Source: Pristiophorus japonicus (lineage: Eukaryota). Taken from it: a stretch of DNA of 64,000 nucleotides. Numbering within the stretch: position 1 is the stretch's first letter; each line of letters starts with the position of its first letter. The DNA lies in contig NC_091990.1 of assembly GCF_044704955.1 (NCBI RefSeq), forward strand, positions 165,912,001 through 165,976,000, given 5' to 3'. A model generated the notes under the pieces. The model was not told the DNA's origin. It saw only the letters and a list, made by a program, of their open reading frames with translations, and made no database searches. Both the position numbers and the translations under genes were made by a program. Below, one piece after another: positions 50,550 through 62,095 of this stretch.

Positions 50550-50860
50550 TGAGAAACATTCAAGTGACAGAAGGGTGGTAACCAGAGGACACAGATTGAA
50601 GGTAATTGCCAAAAGACCTACATGCAACATGAGGAAAGCATTTTTTATGCAGCGAGTTGTGATCTGGAATGCACTGCCTGAAAGGGTGGTGAAAGCAGAT
50701 TCAATAATAACTTTCAAAAGGGCATTGGATAAATACTTAAAGGGAAAAAATTAGCAGGGCTACGGGGAAAGAGCGAGGGAGTGGGACTAATTGGACATCT
50801 CTTTCAAAAAGCCAGCATAATGGGTCGAATGGCCTACTTCTATGCTGTATGATTCTATGA
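50550..50860 (+). mobile_element. CR1 3' fragment of an older subfamily
   Basis: TRGHRLKV...FFMQRVVIWNALPERVV, then 3' UTR. Confidence 0.75.
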
Positions 50861-51229
50861 GCTCCAAAGGATATACAAAAATAATAAAACATGCAACTTC
50901 ACTAATTCCTTAATACTAAACCTGGGTCAAAGTCCATAACAAAACCTATACGTGAGATTTTTTTTCTCCTGCCTGTATCTAATTGGGCTCAGAAAAACTG
51001 AAAAGCTGGTTGTTGGAATATATCCCCATGCCTGAGCCAAGCGTTGTTCCTGTGGACCATCTGTCATTCCACATTAATTCAAACAGGCATCTGGACTGAG
51101 AGTCTACATCCTATAGATTAAATGGTGCCTGGTCTAAGCTACATATCCAATTACACATTACCAAACCCTTTACCATAAATTGATCGTTTTCAATACAAAA
51201 CAAGCAATCTGTGTCAAATGGTTTCTATA

Positions 51230-54200
51230 AAAGCAAAATACTGCAGATGCTGGAACCTGAAATAAAAACAAAATGCTGGAAATCTCAGCGGGTCAGGCAG
51301 CATCCGTGGAGAGAATAACAAAGTTAACGTTTCGGGTCGTTGTCCCTTCTTCCGATCTGGTGAATGTTCGAAAAGATCATTGTTAAGCACTGAAAGGGGG
51401 AGGGGAAGAAAGAACAAAAGGGAAGGTCTGTGATAGGGTGGAAGGCAGGAGAGATGAGAGAGACAAAAAGGATGATGGGCCAACTTGAAATGGTAACGAC
51501 AGAAGTTAGATAAAGATTAATCTGGATAGGGTGTGAATGGCGGAGTAATGAGCAGCTGCCATTGGAGACAAAGAGAATAAAAACATAAGATGGGGAAGGG
51601 GGTGGGGGGGGAGGGAGCCAAAAATGGCCAGAGGTTATGCTCTGAATTTGTTGAACTTGATGTTGAGTCCAGAAGGCTGTAAAGTGCCTAAACGAAAGAT
51701 GAGGTGCTGTTCCTCGAGCTTGCATTGAGCTTCATTGGAACAATGGAGAGGTCCAAGGACAGAGAGATCAGAGTGGGAGCTCTCCGACGCCTTCCGTCAC
51801 TAACAGTGACGGAGGGCGTCGGAGGAGTCGCGGATGTAGGTGGGAAGAGAGTGGACAAGGGTAAAAAAAATAGAGAGTCGAGATAGCAAGAAACAAGTTC
51901 TGTGGGGCAAGAACAGGTTGAAACGATGGGTCTACCGGGGCAGTCCTGTTTGTGGATCTTGGGAAGGAGGTAGAAGCGGGCTGTGCAGGGTTGGGGAACT
52001 ATGAGGTTGGTGGCTGTGGAGGGAAAATCTCCAGAGGAGACCCGGAAGCTCAGGGTCACACTTGCGGACTGAATGGAGGTGTTCCGCAAAGTGGTTACCC
52101 AATCTACGCTTGGTCTTCCCAATGTAGAGGAGACCACATCATGAGCAGCGAATACCACATACTAAATTGAAAGAAGTACAAGTAAATTGCTGTTTCACCT
52201 GGAAGGAGTATTTGGGGCCTTGGATAGTGGGAAGGGAGGAGATAAAAGGGCAGGTGTTGCATCTCTTGCGCTTGCACGGGTAGATGCTGTGGGAAGGGGA
52301 AGGGGTGCTGGAGGTGATTGCGGAATGGACCAGGATGTCGCAGAGGGAGCGGTCCCTTTGGAGCGCTGAGAGGGGAGGGGAGGGGAAGATGTGATTGGTG
52401 GTGGGATTACGCTGGAGGTGACGGAAATGGTGGAGGATGATCCGTTGAACATGGAAGCTGGTAGGGTGAAAGGTGAGGACAAGGGGAACCCTATCATGAT
52501 TCTGAGAGGGAGGGGAAGGGGTGAGAGTAGAGGTGCGGGAAATAGAACGGACACAGTCGAGGGCCATGTTAACCATGGCGGAGGGAAATCCTCGGTTAAG
52601 AAAAAGGAAGACATGTCAGAGGCACTAGTGTGAAAGGTTACGTCATCAGAGCAGATGAGATGAAGAAACTGGGAGAATGGAATGGAGTACTTATAGGATA
52701 TGGGGTGGGAGGAAGTGTAGTCTAGGTAGCTGTGGGAGTCAGCGGGCTAATACTGCTCGAAAGCCTATCCCCAGAGATGGAGACGGAAAAGTCGAGGGAG
52801 GGAAGGGAAGAGTCGGAGATGGACCATGTGAAGGTGAGGGAAGGGCAGAATTTGGATGCAAAGTGAATGAAATTTTCAAGTTCAGGGCAAGAGCAGGAAA
52901 TGGCACCAATACAGTCATCAATGTACCGGAAAAAGAGGTGAGGGCGGGGACCTGAGTAGGACTGGAACATATCCCACAAAAAGGCAGGCATAGCTAGGAC
53001 CCATGCAGGTTCCCATAGCAACACCTTTAATTTGGAGGAAATGAGTGGAGTTAAAAGAGAAGTTGTTCAATGTGAGAACGTTCAGTCAGGCGGAGGAGGG
53101 TGGTAGGGGATGGGGTCTGGTTGGGCCTCTGCTCGAGGAAGAAGTGGAGCGCCCTCAAGCCATCCTGGTGGGGGATGGAAGTGTAGAGGGATTGGACGTC
53201 CATGGTGAATAGGAGATGGTAGGGACCGGGAAACTGAAAACTGTTAGTGACAGAGGGCGTCGGAGGAGTCGCGGATGTAGGTGAGAAGAGAGTGGACAAG
53301 GGGAAAAAAAATAGAGAGTCGAGATAGCAAGAAACAAGTTCTGTGGGGCAAGAACAGGTTGAAACGATGGGTCTACCGGGGCAGTCCTGTTTGTGGATCT
53401 TGGGAAGGAGGTAGAAGCGGGCTGTGCAGGGTTGGGGAACTATGAGGTTGGTGGCTGTGGAGGGAAAATCTCCAGAGGAGATGAGGTCAGTGATGGTCTG
53501 GGAAATAATGGCTTGCTGTTCAGTGGTGGGGTCATGGTCCAGGGGGAGGTAGAAGGAGGTGTCAGAGAGTGGGCGATCAGCCTCTGCAAGGTAGAGGTCG
53601 GTTCGCCAAAAAACACCAGCACCACCCTTGTCAGCAGGTTTAATGACAAGGTTGGGGTTGGATCTGAGCGAGCGGAGTGCTGCAAGTTCAGAGGGAGGTA
53701 GGTTGTAGTGAGTGAGGGGAGCAGAGAAATTGAGACGGCTGATGTCGCGTCGGCAGTTTGCAATGAAGAGGGCTAGAGAGGGTAAGAGGCCAGAGGGAGG
53801 GGTCCAGGTAGAGCGAGAATTCTGAAAATGGGAGTAAAGATCAGCTGTGCAGGGGGGGGGGGCGAAAGACTCCTGGCTGAAGAAGTGGGCACGGAGGCGA
53901 AGGCGGCGGAAAAAGAGCTCAGCATCGTGCTGAGCTCGAAATTCATTGAGGTCGGGGTATAAGGAGATGAAGCTCAGACCTTTGCTGAGGACTGATCATT
54001 CAGGGTCAGAGAGAGGAAGGTCAGAGGGGATAGTGAAAACACGGCAGGGGGTAAGATTGGAAGAAGGGATGGGATCAGAGGGAAGTGTAGGGTAAGAAGG
54101 TTCCGGAGGGGCTTTGGTGTCCAACAGTTGTTGAAGTTTACGATCCTTGACACCTGAAAAGAAAGAAAGAAGTTTTTGCTTAAAGCGCCGGATGAGGCGA

Positions 54201-54480
54201 ATGATGAAATGGAACTGCGGACCAGGATAGCTTAGAGACAGAGTGAGTCGGTGTTGCTGAAGAGAGAGGTTGAGAGCATGCATGTGGCAGCGCATAACGT
54301 TGAGTGTGCATCCCAGGATGCAGCGAGAGCAGTGGTTGGAGGAACGATGAATATCTCGGAGATATCTGTAATCCTGGGTGGATCCAAAACATCAAATGGT
54401 TTCGACTTGCTTTACAATCAGAATGTATTGAAAAATTAAACATATCTTTACAATGGCAGTTTTCAGATACTCCGAAGGAA
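51230..54480 (-). mobile_element. Penelope-like retroelement (RT + GIY-YIG), near full-length, rearranged
   Basis: FYLLPKIHK, FTMDVQSLYTSIPH, FRYIDDC, CKRKRCNTC and GIY-YIG remnants; terminal repeat at ~51230-51480. Confidence 0.9.
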
Positions 54481-54619
54481 TATTGATTCTACCCCCAACA
54501 CAGAGAAACTGGGCCGAGAGTTAAATAAAATTCAAGTAACGGGCTACATTTCAGATCATATGTGACTTGAAATGTGACATAACTTCCTATCTGTCACAGC
54601 TCCCTCTACTGTAGCACAG

Positions 54620-54977
54620 ACTCCCTCCATTTACCTACAATGCAATACTGAGAGATTGGAGGTGCAATCCTTCGAATGAGATGTTAAACCTGAAGCCTTA
54701 TGTGCCAACTAAATTGGTTTATGTCAGTGTTAAATATCCCATGGCACAATTCAAAGAGCAGAGAATTATTTGCGTCCTAGCCAACATTCTCCCTCAACCA
54801 ACATCACCAAAAAAACATTACCTCTCATTGTTTATAGGATTTTGCTGGATGTAAATTGGCTGCGATGTTTGCCTACATAACAAGTCATTCTATTTCAATA
54901 GTAATCGATCGCACATGAAGCACTTTGGGATGTGTCTGAGAGGTGTGATAAGGACCTATATAAAAGCAAGTCTTTTT
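54620..54977 (+). mobile_element. Deu-domain SINE (SacSINE1/AmnSINE1-like)
   Basis: ggaggtgc...gagatgttaaacc...atcccatggcac...ccctcaaccaacatcac...aaattggctgc...gcactttggga matches the Deu core as I recall it; L2-like tail. Confidence 0.7.
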
Positions 54978-55994
54978 CAAGTCATATTTCCATATTAAGA
55001 CATTTTTCCATTTCCTACACCACCATCTCCAAATTACCAATTTAGTTTCAATGGGCTCAATTTTCCCGGGTCATTTGCACTATTTTTTTTGGCGTGCACC
55101 GTTTTTGCTGGCATACGTATTTAATTCAAAGTTTCCTCCTGGAATCTGCGCCGGCATAACTTATTCAGTTACAATTTTTCTAGGTTAGGTTTTTTTGACA
55201 TCATTTCTTGCAGGTTGCCCAAAATTGTTTAATCCTAGGTTGGCGTATCTGACCACACCTGAAAAACCTTCTGGTGAGTTAACAGAAAACAGGGCACATT
55301 GAGAAATTGGCGCTGAAAGACCCCATTGTTTTTCCTCAAAGTTTTTGGGAGTCAAAAACACTTTAAATATCCATAATAAAGTTGAACTTTTTTTTAAACC
55401 TTTCAACAGAGTACATGGAAGTTTATTAGATTTCTGAAGTTTTCATTTTTTTTAAACTCACACACCACCACTGAACATCTTCAAGCAGGGCTGCTGGGTC
55501 GTAGTGTCAGCCGTCAGAATTGGCCCGACGTCCGGACACAGGGGATCGGCTGGAAAACAAGCTCGGGGGTGGCAATCAGAAGGCTTCTGCACTGAGGCCG
55601 GGGACGGAGGCTCTGATCAGAAGGCTGCTGCATTAGGCACAAGACTGAAATGAGTTGAGGGGGCGGGGTGAGAAGTCACAAGACAACAATGAGTTTGGGG
55701 GAGAAAGGGAGTAATGAATTTTTTTTGGTGGGGGGGTTGGCCGGGGGAGGAGAAGTCATAAGACCTGGGTGTGGTCCATCCACACAGACCTTGGGGAAAG
55801 AGAACAAAGAACCTGTCCTGCCTGCCTTTCTGACGTTTTGAGCTTCTTGCAAAGGTAAAATTTAACTATGGGGGCAATACTGAGAATGCCATACCTTGTG
55901 CGAGCCTACTGCATCATGGTGCTAAGTAGGAGATAATTAATTCGACATCATCGCATGAGGAACATCAGATCCCATAGGGTGCTGGACAGGAGGC

Positions 55995-56228
55995 TGTGGT
56001 GTATGTAGCACACAAATCACTGACTCCACACGGTCTGGTGTAAATCTAACTGCTGTGACCTTCGTCCTTTATTGTTCAGCTCCAGAGTGCCTCTCAGGTG
56101 TGTTGTCCAGCCTTATATAGCCTGTTGCAGGTACGACCAGGTTTTCCACCACAGTGCCCTCTGTGGTGTGGCATAGTGCTTACATTACATTTAAGGTACT
56201 GGGACGATACACACATCATTACATAACA
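55995..56228 (-). mobile_element. Gypsy solo LTR in the Harbinger transposase
   Basis: TG...CA termini; perfect GAGGC TSD (55990-55994 and 56229-56233). Confidence 0.9.
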
Positions 56229-56785
56229 GAGGCCTTACTCAGCTCGGGTATATCGAGACAGGTGTTCGTACCTACACCCGAGTGATGCAGACTGTCAGAA
56301 GGCTGCATTTCCGCAAAGAAGTTGTACCTGAGATCTGTGAGTTGGTCAATGCAGACCTGCAACCTGGAAGCATCAGGGGGATTGCTTTGTCAGTTGAAGT
56401 GAAGGTTACAGTTGCACTTTCATTCTATGCCTCAGGATCGTTTCAAGCTACAACTGGGGATATGTGCGCCATTTCTCAACATGTAACACGTGTCTGGATT
56501 CGGCAGGTGACTGTGGCACTATATGCCCGGAGGAATGACTACATAAAGTTCCCCATGACAGTCCAGGCAATGCGTGACAGGACTGTGGGCTTCTCCAGGA
56601 TTGCTGGTTTCCCAAAGGTACAGGACTTCATTGATTGTACCCACATCGCCTTGCGAGCACCTTTGGAAGATTCCGAGATGTACAGGAACAGAAAAGGCTT
56701 CCACTCCATTAATGTAAAGCTCATGTGTGAGGACATGCATTGGATCATGTCGGTCGATGCAAGATACCGTGCGAGCACCCATGAT

Positions 56786-59163
56786 ATGTCAAGGAACCAA
56801 CTAGAAAGCAGGCCATCCTAGACTGGGTCTTGTGTAATGAGAGGGGATTAATTAGCAATCTTGTTGTGCAAGGCCCCTTGGGGAAGAGTGACCATAATAT
56901 GGTAGAATTCTTCATTAAGGTGGAGAGTGACAAAGTTAATTCAGAGACTAGGGTCTTGAACTTAAAGAAAGGTAACTTCGATGGTATGAGATGTGAATTG
57001 GCAAGGATAGACTGGCAAATGATATTTAAAGGGTTGATGGTAGATAGGCAATGGCAGACATTTAAAGATCACATGGATGAACGACAACAATTGTACATCC
57101 CTGTCTGGTATAAAAATAAAACGGGGAAGGTGGCTCAACCGTGGCTAACAAGGGAAATTAGGGATAGTATTAAATCCAAGGAAGAGGCATATAAATTGGC
57201 CAGAAAAAACAGCAAAACTGAGGACTGGGAGAAATTTAGAGTTCAACAGAGGAGGACAAAGAGCTTAATTAGGAGGTGAAAAATAGAGTATGAGAATAAG
57301 CTTGCAGGGAACATAAAAACTGACTGCAAAAGCTTCCATAGATATGTGAAGAGAAAAAGATTAGTGAAGACTAATGTAGGTCCTTTGCAGTCAGAATCAG
57401 GTGAATTCATAATGGGGAACAAGGAAATGGCAGACCAATTGAACAAATACTTTGGTTCTGTCTTCTTCAAGGAAGACACGAATAGCCTCCCAAAAATACT
57501 AGGGGACCGAGGGTCTAGCGAGAAGGGGAAACTAAGGGAAATCCTTATTAGTCAGGAAATGGTGTTTGGGAAATTGATGGGATTGAAGGCCGATAAATCC
57601 CCAGGGCCTGATAGTCTGCATCCCAGAGTACTTAAGGAAGTGGCCCTAGGAATACTAGATGCATTGGTGGTCATTTTCCAACATTCCATGGACTCTGGAT
57701 CAGTTCCTATGGATTGGAGGGTAGCTAATTTAACCCCACTTTTTAAAAAAGGAGGGAGAGAGAAAACGGAATTATGGACTGGTTAGCCTGGCATCGGTAA
57801 TGGGGAAAATGCTGGAATCAATTATTAAAGATGTAATAGCAGCACATTTGGAAAGCAGTGACAGGATTGGTCCAAGTCAGCATGGATTTATGAAAGGGAA
57901 ATTATGCTTGACAAATCTAAAACATTTTTGAGGATGTAACTAGTGGATGTAACTAGAGTGGATAAGGGAGAACCAGTGGATATGGTGTATTTGGACTTTC
58001 AAAAAGCTTTTGACAAGGTCCCACACAAGAGATTAGTGTGCAAAATTAAGGCACATGGTATTGGGGGTAATGTATTGATTTGGATCAAGAACTGGTTGGC
58101 AGACAGGAAGCAGAGTGTCAGGATAAACGGGTCCTTTTCAGAATGGCAGGCAGTGACTAGTGGCGTACCGCAAAGTTCAATGCTGGGACCCAAGCTTTTT
58201 ACAATACATATTAATGATTTAGATGAAGGAATTGAATGTAATATCTCTAAGTTTGCAGATAACACTAAGCTGGGTGGCAGTGTGAGTTGTGAGGAGGATG
58301 CTAAGAGGCTGCAGGGTGACTTGGACAGGTTAGGTGAGTGGGCAAATGCATGGCAGATGCAGTGTAATGTGGATAAATGTGAGGTTATCCATTTTGGTGA
58401 CAAAAACAGGAAGGCAGGTTATTATCTGAATGGCGGCAGATTAGTAAAAGGGGAGGTGCAACGAGACCTGGGTGTCATGGTACATCAGTCATTGAAAGGA
58501 GGCATGCAGGTACAGCAGGCAATAAAGAAAGCAAACGACATGTTGGCCTTCATAGCAAGAGGATTTGAGTTTAGGAGCAGGGAGGTCTTACTGCAGTTGT
58601 ACAGGGCCTTGGTGAGACCACACCTTGAGTATTGTGTGCAGTTTTGGTCTCTTAAGCTGAGGAAGGACATTCTTGCTGTTGAGGGAGTGCAGCAAAGGTT
58701 TACGAGACTGATTCCCGGGATGACAGGACTGATATATGAAGAGAGACTGGATCAACTGGGCCTGTATTCACTGGAATTTAGAAGAATGAGAGGGGATCTA
58801 TAGAAGCACATAAAATTCTGACAGGATTGGACAGATTAAATACAGGAACAATGGTCCCGATGTTGGGGAAGTCCAGAACCAGGGGTCACAGTCTAAGGAT
58901 AAGGGGTAAGCCATCTCGGACCGAGATGAGGAGAAACTTTTCCACCCAGAGAATTGTGAACCTATGGAATTCTCGACCACAGAAAGTTGTTGAGTCCAGT
59001 TCGTTGGATATATTCAAAAGGGAGTTAGATGTGGCCCTTACGGCTAAATGGATCAGGATGTATGGAGAGAAGGCAGGAGTGGGGTACTGAAGTTGCATGA
59101 TCATATTGAATGGTGGCGCAGGCTCAAAGGGCCAAAAGGCCTGCACCTATTTTCTATGTTTCT
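56786..59163 (+). mobile_element. 5'-truncated CR1 in the Harbinger transposase
   Basis: ORF2 fragments 56830-59090; ATGAT TSD (56781-56785 and 59164-59168); removing it restores S-T-H-D-A-F-I. Confidence 0.93.
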
Positions 59164-60149
59164 ATGATGCGTTCATCTATGCAAGAGCATTATATCTGCC
59201 ATGTTTCAGCAGCAGCCAGAAGGGCAGAGCTGGCTACTGGGAGACAAAGGGTACAGTCTGGCCACCTGGTTCATGATTCCTTTACGCGTAACCCGGACGG
59301 AAGCTGATCGGGAATACAACATGTCGCACATTGTGATGCGCAGCAGCATAGAGAGGACCATTGGCATCTTGAAGCAGTGTTTCCGAGCCTGGACCATTCC
59401 GGAGGCGACTTGCTATACTCCCCTGAGATTGTCGGTCAGTTCACTGTTGTGTGCTGCATGCTGCATAACTTAGCCATCATGAGGCAGCAGCAGCTGGTAG
59501 AAGACCCACCTGTGTGAGAGTGGCTGATGATAATGAGGAAGATGCAGATGACGTGTAGGAGGACAAGGAAGCCATGCAAGTACCTGAACCTGAAGCACGA
59601 CAGCAGAGGAGAGCGGGCCATCGTGCCTCTAACGATTGCTCGAGCCTTGCGCCAGCAGCTCATCAGTGAACGCTTTGCTGCCTGAAGGCTCAGCGACAAG
59701 TATTCCACATGGACCATGTTTACTGTTTGGACCTGTTCCGTAATGTTGTGTTGTGTTAATGGAACAAATGATGGAAATTATTCTTGTTTATTTCAAAAAT
59801 TGTGTTAATAATTGAACAAATAATGAAAAGAATTCTTCTTGAGTACCAAAAGTTGTGTTAATAACAAAACAAATGTAAATGATTCAGTTTTAATGTAAAA
59901 TATATTTTATTCAAAAGTTTAACAAACAGTTCTTTGTACTTAATTTAACTTTAATAAAATTATTCTTGTATCAAACTTTAAAGTTTTCAGTTACGATCAC
60001 TTATTTACTTTAAGATCACTTACTAACTTTTAAACTTGTAAATTTACATAACTTACAAAAATCTTTTAATGAGAACAATTACAACAGCAACAATAATAAC
60101 AACAACAGCAGCAGCAGCAGCAAAGCAAGGCTGCACCCATCTCTCCTCC

Positions 60150-61960
60150 ACCTTATTCTAAGACCGCCCACCACGCTTGGTCTTGGTGACTCCACCACCC
60201 CTGCCCGCAGGCGGTGGCAGAGTGTTTCTGGGGTTGGTACCGAGCTTATTCTTCCTAAGGTCTCAGGTAGCGCGCACCTGTTGAGGGGGGGGGGGGGCAG
60301 GCGGCAATGTGGAGGGCCCGGCTTGGAGCTCTTCAGAGGCTGGTCTGGGGATTGGAGTGGGAGTGGCAGTTGATTCTGTCAATGGGCGCGGCGTCTGGGC
60401 GTGTTCCCTTATTGCAGCAGCTAACTCCCACATTCCCTCCCTCATGTTCCCCAACAGTGTCTCAATGACCTGCAACATTCCCTCCCTCATGTTGAGCAAA
60501 ACTGTCTCAACTACCTGTGACATTCCCTCCCTCATGTTCAGTGATAGTGTTTGCACCATCTCTGACATTCCCTCCCTGATGTTCACTGACAGCGTATCAG
60601 CTACCTATGATATTCCCTCCTTCATGGTCACTGACATGGTTTCAGCTGACTGAGATATTCCCTCACTCATGGTCCTGTACATCGTTTCCACTTCTCATGA
60701 GATTGCTGTGACTTCTCCCGACAGTCCTGCTACCTCCAGGAGCAAGGTCAATGCTCTCCCCACTCATTGCCATCATCTGAACCACATCTGTTAGATCTTG
60801 CGCCTCAGGAGAGCTCTGTCGAGCTCTCCTTCCCCTCCTCCCCATGGGTGTGGCTCGCACCTCACTACTGGAACCCGCGACCTTGGAAGATGGGGCCCTG
60901 GGTGTGCCTCGCTGCACTCCAGTGGAATCCCCAGCCTCGGACGGTGGGAAACCATGGAATGTCCCACCAATACTCAAACCACTAGCCAGCAAAGGGGCTA
61001 GCAACTCAATGGGCGGCACCTGCATCTCTTCCAAAGTGAGTGCAAGAGATGGGGCTTCATCCATCCCCTCCACCTCCCCCTCACCCCCATTGCTCTGTAA
61101 AGTGTGATTGGAAGATGTTCTCTTCATGCTCGCCTTCGTCTGAATATTCTTCTGCATCGTCAGGGTTGGCCTCAAGTTCTGCAAAATATAACAGAACACA
61201 GACAAATGGTTAGCAGCAGAGGAAGGGGCAGGGTGGATGGCATCAGTAGGCTTACGCAGCACAGGCAGCAGGCTGATTTGAAGGACCACGATGAATTTGC
61301 AGGACTTGCCCTCTCCCTCGAGTGTGGCCCAGCTTGTGCAGATTGCATGAACCAAAGCATAGCTGATGGGAGATGTCCCCGTGAACCGAAGCATGGCTAG
61401 CTCGCACAGTACTTAACATTTAGCAAAGCCAGACTGTGGAATTTGCAGGACATATCCTCTCCCTCGAGTGTGGGACCAGCTTGTGCAGTGGTGATTGCTT
61501 TTACCAAGGCAGGACCCATCAAAGCAGCGACCCTTTCTTCCAAGGGTGTCAGTGGCTGCAGATTTGCTAAGCCTCCTCCTGTTCGAGTTCTTCCCCTTTT
61601 ATTATGTGCCACCTTCCTCTGCAAAGATGAAAATGCAACTTTTTAGAGAGAGTGTCTTTCTGCTGGGTGGGACATATACAGCTGGTCACATTTACAATTC
61701 CATTGAATAAATGAAAATATTACTGACACTAACTACTTGACCAAGGTCCTGCCACTTTTTACACTGGCCTCCAGATCTCGTGGTGATCACCATTGCGCAG
61801 TAATCTGCAACTTGGTTCCAGCGTTTCTTAATTTCTTTGGGTGGAAATTTTGTGTGACCTCTGCTTGTGTCTAGCTCCTTCTTCTGGTCTCAATGACAGT
61901 AACTAGTGCTTCCACAATCCTGTAAGAAATTCTTGATCCTTGCACCACATTGCATCTTGT
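60150..61960 (-). pseudogene. Harbinger Myb/SANT-like DNA-binding partner gene, spliced and decayed
   Basis: KKRWNQVA...TRSGGQC..WQDLGQ (~61735-61830), RTRTGGG...LTPLEERVAALMG (~61510-61600), and a C-terminal repeat region. Confidence 0.75.
60430..60675. repeat. 33-bp coding tandem repeat, 11-aa unit containing MREGM, about 7 copies
   Basis: cattccctccctcatg recurs every 33 bp. Confidence 0.85.
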
Positions 61961-62095
61961 ATTGCTGCAGCTCCGATTTTTCCGATACTCTCACACAACA
62001 CTCAATGTTATCACACATACAACTGGCTCTTTAAAAATGGCCGATTGCCAACCTGGAGCTGTACTGCGCATGCATGCCCATTGAAATAACATCAA

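Larger units (their letters stand above)
55868..59685 (+). pseudogene. Harbinger (HARBI1-like) DDE transposase, disrupted
   Basis: ALSFYASGSFQ, IDCTHI, YRNRKGFHSIN, STHD|AFI (split by CR1), LLGDKGY, RSSIERTIGILK, CCMLHNLA; frameshifts, stops and two insertions. Confidence 0.9.
55053..62095 (+). mobile_element. Autonomous-type PIF/Harbinger DNA transposon with nested insertions; right end not seen
   Basis: Left TIR-like GGGCTCAATTTTCCC at 55053; convergent transposase (+) and Myb/SANT-like (-) genes around an AT-rich spacer with poly(A) signals on both strands (~59900-59960). Confidence 0.85.

Noticed and set aside
55868-59685. Domesticated HARBI1 gene
   Set aside because: Stops, frameshifts, two insertions and a TIR-like end indicate a dead transposon copy.
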